This document shows, one piece after another, positions 55,439 to 64,000 of a stretch of 64,000 nt of DNA. The position numbers and the translations under genes are program-made. The notes beneath the pieces are model-generated. The model searched no databases, was not told the DNA's origin, and was given only the letters and a program-made list of their open reading frames with translations. Numbering within the stretch: the first letter of the stretch is position 1; every line of letters begins with the position of its first letter. Source of the stretch: Cyclobacteriaceae bacterium (GTDB lineage Bacteria > Bacteroidota > Bacteroidia > Cytophagales > Cyclobacteriaceae); assembly GCA_028284125.1 (NCBI GenBank), contig JANQSI010000018.1, forward strand, positions 336,998 to 400,997, read 5' to 3'.

Positions 55439-57079
55439 TTAATTATTTATAATAATCTTTTGGGTATGAATGATCTGGCCATTTTCCATGGTGGCAATGA
55501 AAATTCCAGAGAGGTCATTGATCGGATACCCTATTCTGCCATCCTTTATTTTCCAGGATTTTATGTGTTGTCCATTTAATGAGTGTAGCGAAACAGTTGC
55601 GTCAGGTTCAAGGTCATCAATGTCCTTCAAAAAGAGCCGGTCTTCGCGAACATATAGGATAGGAGAGCGGTCAACTTCTTCAACGTTGAGAGGAAGTTGC
55701 ACCTGAATTTTAATTGCCTCTGAATGCATGGCCGGCATTGAGAACGAAATTTCACTATCTGGATGAAGTACCTCACTTTCTCCCGTAAGAGTATTTGTTA
55801 CTTTAACCGAATACTCAGGGTCAATGTCTTCTACGTTCAAAACACTGATTGTTACTTCTTGATCTTCGGCAAGATTAAAATGGACAGGAATGGAGTACGC
55901 TAAATCATAAGGCAGAGCGATGAACTCATATGCTTTTTCATCATAAGAAATGTAAGGTTTAAGCAAACTTTCGTCTTGTGTGGAAAAAGAATAGGCATCA
56001 CCTAGTTTGTCATATGCTCCAGTGAAGTCATTTCCTACGAGTATTGCGGTATAATTTGTCGTGTCTGTCCCAGCACCAAAGTTCAGCTCAATTTTACCCG
56101 ATGTTGAAGCCTTTCGATAAAATTGAGCATTATCGGTATTGAGATCATCTGGATGAAAATCGATGCTATAGATTCCATCTCCTAGAGATGGGTAGTCAAA
56201 TTGCACAAAAAAGGCTTGTCCAGCAGCAAGTTCCTCTAGCTGTCCCAGCGTTCCGTTAGAAACGATGTAGGCTCCACTGGTCGCATCCCAGACATAAACT
56301 GTCCCAAAAGTATTTGTGATATTTCTTGTTAAGAATGAAAGAACATCCATTGTAGATGTGTAGGGATTGGCAACTAAGAAATGAGAAGATTGATTGCCTC
56401 TGGTTCCACTATTTGAGACTGTGCCTGAAACACTTATGGGTTGTGTGTTTGGTGTTCCAATAAACGTCACTGTACCAGGTGAACTTGCAGCGTATCCAGT
56501 TCCAGGAGTGATAGGTGCACTGGCACTTGCGAGATCCCATGTGCCATATCCACTAGTTGAAACTTCGTTATAAATAAACTCGGAACCTGTATAGGTGGCA
56601 TCAGAAACAGGCGAGCCAATCAGACTTGAACCTGAGGATTGGCCTTCCACAGCAAATTGAATGTTTCCGTCATTATCATCAAAATGCATTGTAGTAAAAG
56701 TATTATCCACCAGAAGTTTACCACCGGGCTGAACATCAATTTGAATGAAATCAGCAGCGGCTTCAAATGTGACGACATTTCCGACTTGCAATAAGCCTCC
56801 CGATTCGATGACAATTTTTGCACCGGATTCGATTTCGATTGTACCTGAACACAAAACTGCTCCTCCGCTGGTAATAGTTAGCGTATCGTTTGCGGAGATG
56901 GTAGTTACTCCAATAATCACTGGTTCTTGGCTACTTATTGTCTCAGTTCCGAAAGTGCGTCCTCCAAACCCTGGAAGCGTGATTTGTGCTTCCACCAAAA
57001 AGGGTAGGCCAATTATTAAACAAGCAATTTTTTTGAAAAACTTGAATCGATTCATATGTCGCATTTTGAAATCCGACAC
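55439..57079 (-). CDS. Secreted protein with a type IX secretion (type A) C-terminal sorting domain
   Basis: Signal peptide (..FLVEA-Q); LVANPY...VYVWDA...GQAFFV module common in T9SS cargo; C-terminal VSLHSLNGQHI...LSGIFIATM...TQKIIINN. The real start may be ATG 57064 or 57055. Confidence 0.8.
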   Translation of the reverse strand: MSDFKMRHMNRFKFFKKIACLIIGLPFLVEAQITLPGFGGRTFGTETISSQEPVIIGVTTISANDTLTITSGGAVLCSGTIEIESGAKIVIESGGLLQVGNVVTFEAAADFIQIDVQPGGKLLVDNTFTTMHFDDNDGNIQFAVEGQSSGSSLIGSPVSDATYTGSEFIYNEVSTSGYGTWDLASASAPITPGTGYAASSPGTVTFIGTPNTQPISVSGTVSNSGTRGNQSSHFLVANPYTSTMDVLSFLTRNITNTFGTVYVWDATSGAYIVSNGTLGQLEELAAGQAFFVQFDYPSLGDGIYSIDFHPDDLNTDNAQFYRKASTSGKIELNFGAGTDTTNYTAILVGNDFTGAYDKLGDAYSFSTQDESLLKPYISYDEKAYEFIALPYDLAYSIPVHFNLAEDQEVTISVLNVEDIDPEYSVKVTNTLTGESEVLHPDSEISFSMPAMHSEAIKIQVQLPLNVEEVDRSPILYVREDRLFLKDIDDLEPDATVSLHSLNGQHIKSWKIKDGRIGYPINDLSGIFIATMENGQIIHTQKIIINN

Positions 57080-57144
57080 AAATCAATATTCTTATCAGTT
57101 GCTAAAACTCACAAAGTGGTATACACAAGGTTAGCGAGTGATTT

Positions 57145-59943
57145 CTAAGCTAGTTTTTCTGCTAAGTGAAATGCCGTGTGGTTGTCTTTTAGTTTTACCA
57201 AGTCCTCAGGTAATCCGGAAAAACAGATATGGCCGCCCTCATCTCCACCTTCAGGACCAAGATCAATAATCCAGTCCGCATTTTTGATGATCTCAGTGTT
57301 GTGCTCAATGATGACAACTGAATTCCCTCCATCAATCAAAGCATTGAGCGCATCCAGCAATTTCTTTATGTCGTGGAAATGTAGACCTGTTGTAGGCTCA
57401 TCAAAAATGAAAAGTATATGGTCCGAGGTATTGGCTTTCGTCCCTTTTCCTAAGAATGAGGCAAGTTTAACACGCTGTGCTTCTCCACCACTTAAAGAAT
57501 TGGAACTCTGTCCAAGTTTGATATAGCCAAGCCCAACATCAAACAGCGGTTGGATTTTATTTGTAATTGCAGTCCGTCCTTCAAAAAATTCTAAGGCTTC
57601 CTGAACTGACAGATCAAGTACATCCGAAATGTTCTTGTCATTATATGTGACTTCAAGGATTTCCTTTTTAAATCTTTTGCCGCCACAACTTTCACATGTA
57701 AGGTGTAGATCGGCCATAAACTGCATTTCGATTTTTACGGTGCCTTCACCTTCGCAAACTTCGCATCTGCCACCGTCTACGTTAAAAGAAAAATGTGCTG
57801 GTTTGAATCCATTCTTTTTAGAAACAGATTGCTCTGAAAATAGCTGTCGAATTGCATCGTAAGCTTTTACGTATGTCACCGGATTAGATCGCGAACTTTT
57901 TCCAATCGGATTTTGATCTACAAACTCGACTTGCGTGATCTTTTTGTAGTGGCCGGAAAGGTTGTCAAATTTTCCGGTGGCTTCACCGACAATCCCAAGG
58001 AGCTTACTAATCGAAGGAGTCAATATTTTTCTTACAAGTGTCGATTTTCCAGACCCACTGACTCCAGTCACCACGGTTATAACGCCGAGTGGAATCTCAA
58101 CATTGATATTTTTCAGGTTATGCTCTCGAGCTCCTTCAATCATGATCGATCGTCTCCATGGTCTTCGCTTTTCTGGGACATCAATTGTTTCTTCGCCTTT
58201 CAAGTATTTGGAAGTGTATGAATTGTCCTTACCATTGATCTGATCGACACTTCCCTGGAAAACGAGCTCGCCACCAAAAATCCCAGCATCTGGTCCGATA
58301 TCAATGATTTGATCTGCTGCTTCCATCACTTTTTCTTCGTGCTCAACAACGATTACTGAGTTTCCAACGTCTCGTAATGACTTCAGAACTTCTATCAAAC
58401 GTTCCGTATCTCTTGGATGTAAGCCGATGCTTGGTTCATCCAAAATGTACATGGACCCAACTAAAGCACTACCCAAAGAAGTTGCTAGTTTGATACGTTG
58501 AAATTCTCCACCGGAAAGAGTATTTGTTAGTCTATTTAGAGTTAAATATCCCAAGCCTACCTTATCGAGATAAGAAAGTCGGTTTCGGATTTCGTCAAGA
58601 ATACGCTTGGCTATTTGCTCGTCGTTTTTCGAAACCTTTAATGAATTAAAGAGCGGGAGCAACTTATTGATTGGCAGAAGTACCAAGTCAGTGATAGAAT
58701 ATCCGTCTATTTTGACATAGGATGCATCTTTTCTTAGTTTCGTTCCTCGACAATCGGGACAGGTGGTTTTACCTCGATATCTGGACAGCATCACTCGATA
58801 TTGGATCTTGTGCAATTTTGATTCAAGGAAAGAAAAGAATGCATTGATGCCTTTGAAATACTCGTTACCTGTCCAAAGTAATTCGTATTCTTCTTTTGTT
58901 AACTCCGAAATCGGTCGATGAATTGGGAAGTCAAATTTGATTCCGTCTCTAATCAGAGGCTCTACCCATTTTTTTGTTGTTTCTCCCTTCCACGGAGCAA
59001 TTGCGCCTTCGTAGATTGACAAGTTTCGGTCTGGAATTACTAAGTCTGGATCAATTCCTAAGACACGACCAAAACCCTCACATGTCTTACAAGCTCCATA
59101 GGGATTATTGAAGCTAAAGAAGTTTACACTTGGTTCTTCAAATATGATGTCATCCAGTTCGAACCGATCTGAGAAACTTTTTTTCTTTCCATCAACAATT
59201 GTAACGAAACAATCCCCTTCACCTTCAAAGAAAGCTGTCTGTACAGAATCTGCTAGACGGAATTGAGTTGCCTCATCTGGTTGAACAGTGGCTCGATCAA
59301 TTAATATTTCAATATTTCCCTTTGGCTGCTCTCCGGAATTGAGAATGTCTTCTATGAATGCTACTTCATCTTTGATAACAACTCTTGTATAACCCTTGCT
59401 GAGTAGAATTTCGAGTTCCTTTTTTAGCGTTCGTTTTTCCTTTTGCTTTAAAGGTGTGGTGATGGTGAGACGAGTTCCTTCATCATGAGAAAGGATGTAA
59501 TCCACCACATCAGTAACCGTATCTTTTTTTACTTCTTTTCCGGAAACCGGAGAAATGGTTTTTCCAATTCGTGCAAATAGAAGTTTCAGATAATCGTAAA
59601 TCTCAGTTGTAGTTCCAATCGTTGATCGTGGATTTCTGGCGCTTACTTTTTGCTCGATCGCAATGGCTGGAGCCACTCCTTTGATATAATCTACCTCTGG
59701 TTTTTCCATCCGACCGAGGAATTGACGAGCATAGGAACTCAGGCTTTCTACATACTTTCGTTGCCCTTCTGCAAAAAGCGTATCGAATGCCAAAGAAGAT
59801 TTACCTGAACCTGACAGTCCGGTTATAACCACCAGTTGATCGCGTGGAATTGCAACATCGAGGTTTTTAAGGTTGTTGACTCGTGCACCTTTAATGATGA
59901 TGAATTTTTTGGGATCAAGATTGTCAACCTTCGGTGCTTTCAA
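57145..59943 (-). CDS. uvrA: Excinuclease ABC subunit A
   Basis: GARVNNLKN, GLSGSGKSSL, LSGGEFQR, zinc fingers (CKTCEG..CPDCRG; CEVCEG..CESCGG), GVSGSGKST, LSGGEAQR. Confidence 0.97.
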   Translation of the reverse strand: MKAPKVDNLDPKKFIIIKGARVNNLKNLDVAIPRDQLVVITGLSGSGKSSLAFDTLFAEGQRKYVESLSSYARQFLGRMEKPEVDYIKGVAPAIAIEQKVSARNPRSTIGTTTEIYDYLKLLFARIGKTISPVSGKEVKKDTVTDVVDYILSHDEGTRLTITTPLKQKEKRTLKKELEILLSKGYTRVVIKDEVAFIEDILNSGEQPKGNIEILIDRATVQPDEATQFRLADSVQTAFFEGEGDCFVTIVDGKKKSFSDRFELDDIIFEEPSVNFFSFNNPYGACKTCEGFGRVLGIDPDLVIPDRNLSIYEGAIAPWKGETTKKWVEPLIRDGIKFDFPIHRPISELTKEEYELLWTGNEYFKGINAFFSFLESKLHKIQYRVMLSRYRGKTTCPDCRGTKLRKDASYVKIDGYSITDLVLLPINKLLPLFNSLKVSKNDEQIAKRILDEIRNRLSYLDKVGLGYLTLNRLTNTLSGGEFQRIKLATSLGSALVGSMYILDEPSIGLHPRDTERLIEVLKSLRDVGNSVIVVEHEEKVMEAADQIIDIGPDAGIFGGELVFQGSVDQINGKDNSYTSKYLKGEETIDVPEKRRPWRRSIMIEGAREHNLKNINVEIPLGVITVVTGVSGSGKSTLVRKILTPSISKLLGIVGEATGKFDNLSGHYKKITQVEFVDQNPIGKSSRSNPVTYVKAYDAIRQLFSEQSVSKKNGFKPAHFSFNVDGGRCEVCEGEGTVKIEMQFMADLHLTCESCGGKRFKKEILEVTYNDKNISDVLDLSVQEALEFFEGRTAITNKIQPLFDVGLGYIKLGQSSNSLSGGEAQRVKLASFLGKGTKANTSDHILFIFDEPTTGLHFHDIKKLLDALNALIDGGNSVVIIEHNTEIIKNADWIIDLGPEGGDEGGHICFSGLPEDLVKLKDNHTAFHLAEKLA

Positions 59944-59974
59944 AATGACTGGAACTTAGAATTAAAATGACCCG

Positions 59975-59982
59975 CAAAGTTA
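59975..59982 (-). promoter_or_regulatory. -7 promoter box TAACTTTG for uvrA
   Basis: Exact TAnnTTTG, 32 nt upstream of the TTG start. Confidence 0.6.
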
Positions 59983-60219
59983 CCAGCTTAGTAGCAAAAA
60001 AGATTACATCGCCCAAAAACAAAAATTGATTTCTATCAATTTGATGGGCTGTTGATCAACATTATTTCCAACCATTTTAGGGGTATTGCTGTCTAATGAA
60101 AACTAAACACAAGATTCTTTTCAATAATTGAATCTTGAATTCTCGTCAAATTAAATTTTTAAAAACCCAAAAAGCTACAATATGATATAGACCTCTACGT
60201 TAACAAACAGGTGAAATAC

Positions 60220-60819
60220 ATGATTAATACAAGTTTGAATGACAGTGAATTACTGTCACTCTATATTGGAGGTAACGAAGAGGCATTTGAGGAACTCCTC
60301 AATCGTCACAAAGACAGGGTTTTTACCACTATTTATTTAATAGTAAAAGATCGTTATACTGCTGAAGATCTCTTGCAAGAGGTTTTCATTAAAGCAATTC
60401 GTACGATTAAATCTGGAAGGTATAATGAGGAAGGGAAGTTTTTGCCTTGGATACTTCGTATCGCCCATAATTTGTCCATTGATCACTTCAGAAGAGAAAA
60501 GCGATACCCTACCATTATTATGGAGGATGGAAGCAGTGTTTTCAATACGCTGGAATTTTCTGAAACATCGATTGAAGAAGAACATATTAAACAAGATACC
60601 TATAACCTCTTAAAGGGGTATATAAAGGAACTTCCGGATACTCAACGGGAAGTGTTGATGATGAGACATTATATGAAGATGAGTTTCCAGGAGATTGCAG
60701 ATGCTACTGATGTGAGCATCAATACCGCTTTGGGCAGGATGAGGTATGCTTTAATTAACTTAAGAAAAAAGTTTGAGCAAAATCAAATTGCCTATGATAA
60801 AAACCTTTACAGAAAATGA
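60220..60819 (+). CDS. ECF RNA polymerase sigma factor
   Basis: DSELLSLYIGGNEEAFEELL, AEDLLQEVFIK, WILRIAHN region 2; ELPDTQREV...SINTALGRMRYA region 4. ATG 60220 is preferred. Confidence 0.95.
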   Translation: MINTSLNDSELLSLYIGGNEEAFEELLNRHKDRVFTTIYLIVKDRYTAEDLLQEVFIKAIRTIKSGRYNEEGKFLPWILRIAHNLSIDHFRREKRYPTIIMEDGSSVFNTLEFSETSIEEEHIKQDTYNLLKGYIKELPDTQREVLMMRHYMKMSFQEIADATDVSINTALGRMRYALINLRKKFEQNQIAYDKNLYRK

Positions 60820-61021
60820 CCTTGTAAGATTTCTTTACGACGAAGTGAACGAAGAGGAACGTGCAGAAATCAGAGAACACCTATTAACAGACATTCAACT
60901 TCAAGAAAAGATTAACGAGCTTAAAAAAGTGATGGAATCGCTGGATGCTTTCGTAATGAAAGCTCCGAAAGAAGCAATTTCCAGGATCTTGTATGCGAGC
61001 AAGAATCTTCAGTCGGTTTGA
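60794..61021 (+). CDS. Small soluble anti-sigma-like protein (zf-HC2-like fold, Cys ligands absent)
   Basis: DLVRFLYDEVNEEERAEIREHL pattern; overlaps the sigma 3' end; no TM helix. Confidence 0.65.
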   Translation: MIKTFTENDLVRFLYDEVNEEERAEIREHLLTDIQLQEKINELKKVMESLDAFVMKAPKEAISRILYASKNLQSV

Positions 61022-61027
61022 AATTGA

Positions 61028-61100
61028 AGATCCTGAAACAAGTTCAGGATGACTAAGTGAAATTATTTTTTGCTGTCATGCTGAATTCATTTCAGCATCT
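61028..61100. repeat. Inverted pair of 26-bp GTC-tagged REP-like palindromes
   Basis: 61028-61053 reverse complement = GTCATCCTGAACTTGTTTCAGGATCT; 61075-61100 = GTCATGCTGAATTCATTTCAGCATCT. Each has an 8-bp stem, with a compensatory C:G/G:C swap between copies. Confidence 0.8.
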
Positions 61101-61115
61101 ATCTATTTTTAGCTG

Positions 61116-61760
61116 ATGACTAAGAAAGAGCGTTTTGAAGCGTTTGTAAACTACTTTTCGGAATCTTACCCACAACCGGAAACGGAGCTTAGATACTCCA
61201 ACCCGTTTGAGCTACTCGTGGCAGTGGTACTTAGCGCACAGTGCACTGATGAGAGGATCAACAAAGTTACGCCTGCGTTGTTCCGGGATTTCCCCACACC
61301 TGAGCACATGATGGCTTCACATTTTGATGAGCTGTTTCCCTATATCAGAAGTGTGTCTTATCCGAACAACAAGACAAAGCACTTACTTGCCTTGAGCAAA
61401 AAGCTCGTGGAGGATTACAATTCGATAATCCCTAATCAGGTTTCGGAGCTTGTCAAACTTCAGGGAGTAGGAAGGAAAACAGCAAATGTTGTCGTCTCAG
61501 TTCTTTACAATCAACCTGCAATGGCAGTGGATACGCATGTTTTTCGAGTTTCCAAACGATTAGGATTGGTTACTCAAACTGCTAAAACTCCTTTGGAAGT
61601 TGAGAAACAACTGGTTCGACATATTCCTGAAGAGTTCATTTCAAGGGCACACCATTGGCTGATCCTTCATGGACGTTACACTTGTTTGGCAAGAAAACCA
61701 AAGTGCGAGGTTTGCGAGATCACACATTTTTGTAAGTACTTTGAGAGGCTTGGTTCTTAG
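61116..61760 (+). CDS. nth: Endonuclease III
   Basis: LLVAVVLSAQCTD, HhH LQGVGRKTANVV, VDTHVFRV, CLARKPKCEVCEITHFC 4Fe-4S motif. Confidence 0.97.
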   Translation: MTKKERFEAFVNYFSESYPQPETELRYSNPFELLVAVVLSAQCTDERINKVTPALFRDFPTPEHMMASHFDELFPYIRSVSYPNNKTKHLLALSKKLVEDYNSIIPNQVSELVKLQGVGRKTANVVVSVLYNQPAMAVDTHVFRVSKRLGLVTQTAKTPLEVEKQLVRHIPEEFISRAHHWLILHGRYTCLARKPKCEVCEITHFCKYFERLGS

Positions 61761-61831
61761 TGTCACCGAACTATTCAGAGAATTCCTCGAAAAAAATTGC
61801 GACTTGATTATTAAGAAGTCATCTTTAGGTT

Positions 61832-63034
61832 GTGAAGATTTTGTATGTCCACCAATATTTTAAAACACCACAAGAGGGGGGGTCTATTCGCTCCTACTAT
61901 TTAGCAAAAGGATTAGTTGATGCAGGGCATGAAGTAGTGATGCTAACTTCCCACAACAAAAGGCAAGGGATTGTTGATGTGGATGGGATCGAGGTTCATT
62001 ATTTACCAATCTCTTATAAAAATGAATACGGATTTCTCAGAAGAATTTTCTCTTTTTTGAAATTTGTGAAGTCAGCAAGGAAAGAAGCTTCCTTGATCAA
62101 TAATGTTGATCTTGCTTATGTGATGACCACACCTTTGACTACCGGATTCATTGCACTTTATTTGAAAAAGACATTCTCCATTCCGTATTACTTCGAAGTT
62201 GGAGATCTATGGCCTGAAGCACCGGTGCAGATGGGGATCATCAAAAATCGATTTTTAAAGAAATGGCTGTACTCACTTGAGAAGACATTTTATTTTGAAG
62301 CTGACAAGGTGATTGCACTTTCTCCTGCGATTAGAAACTACATTGAAAAGGTATCGCCACAAACCAAAGTTCACGTAATCCCTAACATGGCAGATTGTAA
62401 ATTCTTTGATGCGAATCTTAGAATTGGCGATATAAGTAACCGAAACAATTTTCAAATCACCTACTGTGGAGCTGTTGGTCGTGCAAATCATTTGGAGTTC
62501 TTTCTAGAAGCTGCCAAGGAAACCAAAAACCAAAAAATGCCGGTTCACTTTAACGTCTTAGGAACGGGTTCTGAGTTTAAGCGGCTAAGAAGTCAATACC
62601 GGAAATTATGGAATGTTTCGTTTTACGATCATACGCATAAAGAGGGGGTAAAGCAATTGCTCAATGAAAGTGATGCTGTCTATGTTTCTTTCAAGGATGT
62701 GAGTGTCTTAAACACAGGAAGTCCAAACAAATTTTTTGATTCGTTGGCAGCTGGGAAGTTGACGATCATCAATTTCAAGGGTTGGCTGAAGAACATGATC
62801 GAAAGAAATAAGTGTGGCTTCTACCATGATCCGAATTCTCCTGAGAGTTTTGTTCGAAAGCTAAAAGTCTTTTTAGATAATCCTGACCTACTTCAGCGAT
62901 ATCAGAAAAATGGGAGGAAGCTAGCAGAGCTGTATTATGATAAGGACATCCAAATTACCAAGCTCCTAAAGATCCTCAACAATGAATACAAGTTTGAAGT
63001 GAACGATTCTGAGGTTTACATTCTGACTGCCTAA
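61832..63034 (+). CDS. Glycosyltransferase family 4 (WbuB-like)
   Basis: HQYFKTPQEGGSIRS, FEVGDLWPE, SPNKFFDSLAAGK. Confidence 0.9.
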   Translation: MKILYVHQYFKTPQEGGSIRSYYLAKGLVDAGHEVVMLTSHNKRQGIVDVDGIEVHYLPISYKNEYGFLRRIFSFLKFVKSARKEASLINNVDLAYVMTTPLTTGFIALYLKKTFSIPYYFEVGDLWPEAPVQMGIIKNRFLKKWLYSLEKTFYFEADKVIALSPAIRNYIEKVSPQTKVHVIPNMADCKFFDANLRIGDISNRNNFQITYCGAVGRANHLEFFLEAAKETKNQKMPVHFNVLGTGSEFKRLRSQYRKLWNVSFYDHTHKEGVKQLLNESDAVYVSFKDVSVLNTGSPNKFFDSLAAGKLTIINFKGWLKNMIERNKCGFYHDPNSPESFVRKLKVFLDNPDLLQRYQKNGRKLAELYYDKDIQITKLLKILNNEYKFEVNDSEVYILTA

Positions 63035-64000
63035 CTCGGCTTATATCCCGACTCGGTAAATATTTTGTTATGATCAGTTTCAGCCATTAACTGCTGAACG
63101 GTGATTCCAGTTTTTTCCATGTAGGCATTTACAATTTGCCAGCCCAACCATGCCCCGATTCTTCCGGGACACTTATCTCCTATTTCGTAGACATTTGGTC
63201 TTTCAGCAAGAAACTTTTGTTTGATTGTATGATTGGTTTCGTACAGTACTTCATTTTGAATAAAGCTGGCCCAGATGATTGATTCGTAAGTGAACGTGTC
63301 GTTCCATTCTTCTTCCGTGTAGCCAATCAAAATTCTGTCTGGTGTGCATGGCATGATCTTGCCTAGCAGATAGTACGCCTTTCCAAAGTCAATCATTTCT
63401 GTGAGCATCGCATCTCCTTTTCCAGGTTTGGCAAATTGACTAGAAATAAATTTCACAACGATTGAAGGAAGGTGTTCTGCGTTGTATCTCCGCAAAATGT
63501 AATTGGGGATATCCAATGGTTTGTACGTCGCATTTTCACCAACGAAGAAATCCATTCCAATCATGATGTGATCATTGGAAATGAAAAGGTCTTTGTATAA
63601 ACCCGTAACAACCGTTTGGACCTTTGGAGCAGGAGCCTCGGGATAATATTGCTTAAGTCGGCCGAGCGCTAGCTCGATTTCATTTACAGTTTCTTCAAAA
63701 GTGTTAAATGCATCTACCGACTCATTATAAAGTGTATCGATTGATGGGTTGGAGATTAAGCTAAATATTCGACTTGCCAGAATTGAATCGTGCGGGTATT
63801 GAGGGGCATCCAGGAAATAATTTGAGAAGTCTCGGTTTTCTGCGAGGAAGGCCTCAACGTCATCAGCACTTTTGGATTGAAAAAGTTTTTCCTCCAATCG
63901 CTCAACCTCCAGGTTAACTGGCATAGGGTCTAGCGCGTCTCTACAAGTTTCTCTTGAACAAGCGTTAAACAAAACAAGTACAATCATTAGGAGTACTCCT
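63031..64000 (-). CDS. gldB: Gliding-motility lipoprotein GldB (start probably just beyond the window)
   Basis: FNA-C lipobox; IGMDFFVG, GKAYYL, CPGRIGAWLGWQIVNAYM motifs. The frame stays open past ATG 63987 to the window edge. Confidence 0.88.
   Translation of the reverse strand, partial: GVLLMIVLVLFNACSRETCRDALDPMPVNLEVERLEEKLFQSKSADDVEAFLAENRDFSNYFLDAPQYPHDSILASRIFSLISNPSIDTLYNESVDAFNTFEETVNEIELALGRLKQYYPEAPAPKVQTVVTGLYKDLFISNDHIMIGMDFFVGENATYKPLDIPNYILRRYNAEHLPSIVVKFISSQFAKPGKGDAMLTEMIDFGKAYYLLGKIMPCTPDRILIGYTEEEWNDTFTYESIIWASFIQNEVLYETNHTIKQKFLAERPNVYEIGDKCPGRIGAWLGWQIVNAYMEKTGITVQQLMAETDHNKIFTESGYKPS

Noticed and set aside
59944-60219. SOS (LexA) box upstream of uvrA
   Set aside because: I found no convincing GGA-N5-TCC or other LexA-type dyad by eye.
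1-64000. tRNA, rRNA, riboswitch, prophage, integrase or IS elements; and the many 60-130 aa antisense ORFs in the track
   Set aside because: No recognisable RNA-gene or mobile-element signatures were seen. The short ORFs lie within well-supported genes on another frame or strand and lack motifs.

Overview
64 kb of chromosomal DNA from a Bacteroidota bacterium, most likely a Cytophagales lineage. This is inferred from gldB, a T9SS C-terminal sorting domain, TAnnTTTG -7 promoter boxes and Gln-initiated mature secreted proteins. It is mostly housekeeping and envelope genes: clpB, recF, pdhA, ribH, gpmI, nadC, recX, gdhA, mreBCD-mrdA-rodA, dsbD, prmA, tpiA, uvrA, nth and gldB. I saw no tRNA, rRNA, CRISPR array, integrase or transposase. 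The most interesting elements are: (1) a tightly coupled four-gene operon (54267-57079, minus) encoding a T9SS-type cargo protein, a 62-aa micro-protein that is almost entirely signal peptide plus a PID-GG/TM/basic C-terminal sorting signal, an exosortase-family transpeptidase and a partner membrane protein; (2) a 1672-aa beta-rich secreted protein of unknown function carrying ten DPW motifs in alternating 7/8-residue spacing; (3) a regulatory architecture shared by clpB and hsp20, with paired TGMCA-N3-TGKCA-like boxes phased to a sigma54-like TGG-N8-TTG element; (4) a CASTOR/POLLUX-like channel divergent from an orphan membrane-anchored TAXI-like protein; (5) a DinB/ATP-grasp/LysE module; (6) two kinds of palindromic intergenic repeat; and (7) two 57-aa ORFs missed by the supplied ORF track. 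All product calls come from motif recognition by eye; no database searches were run.
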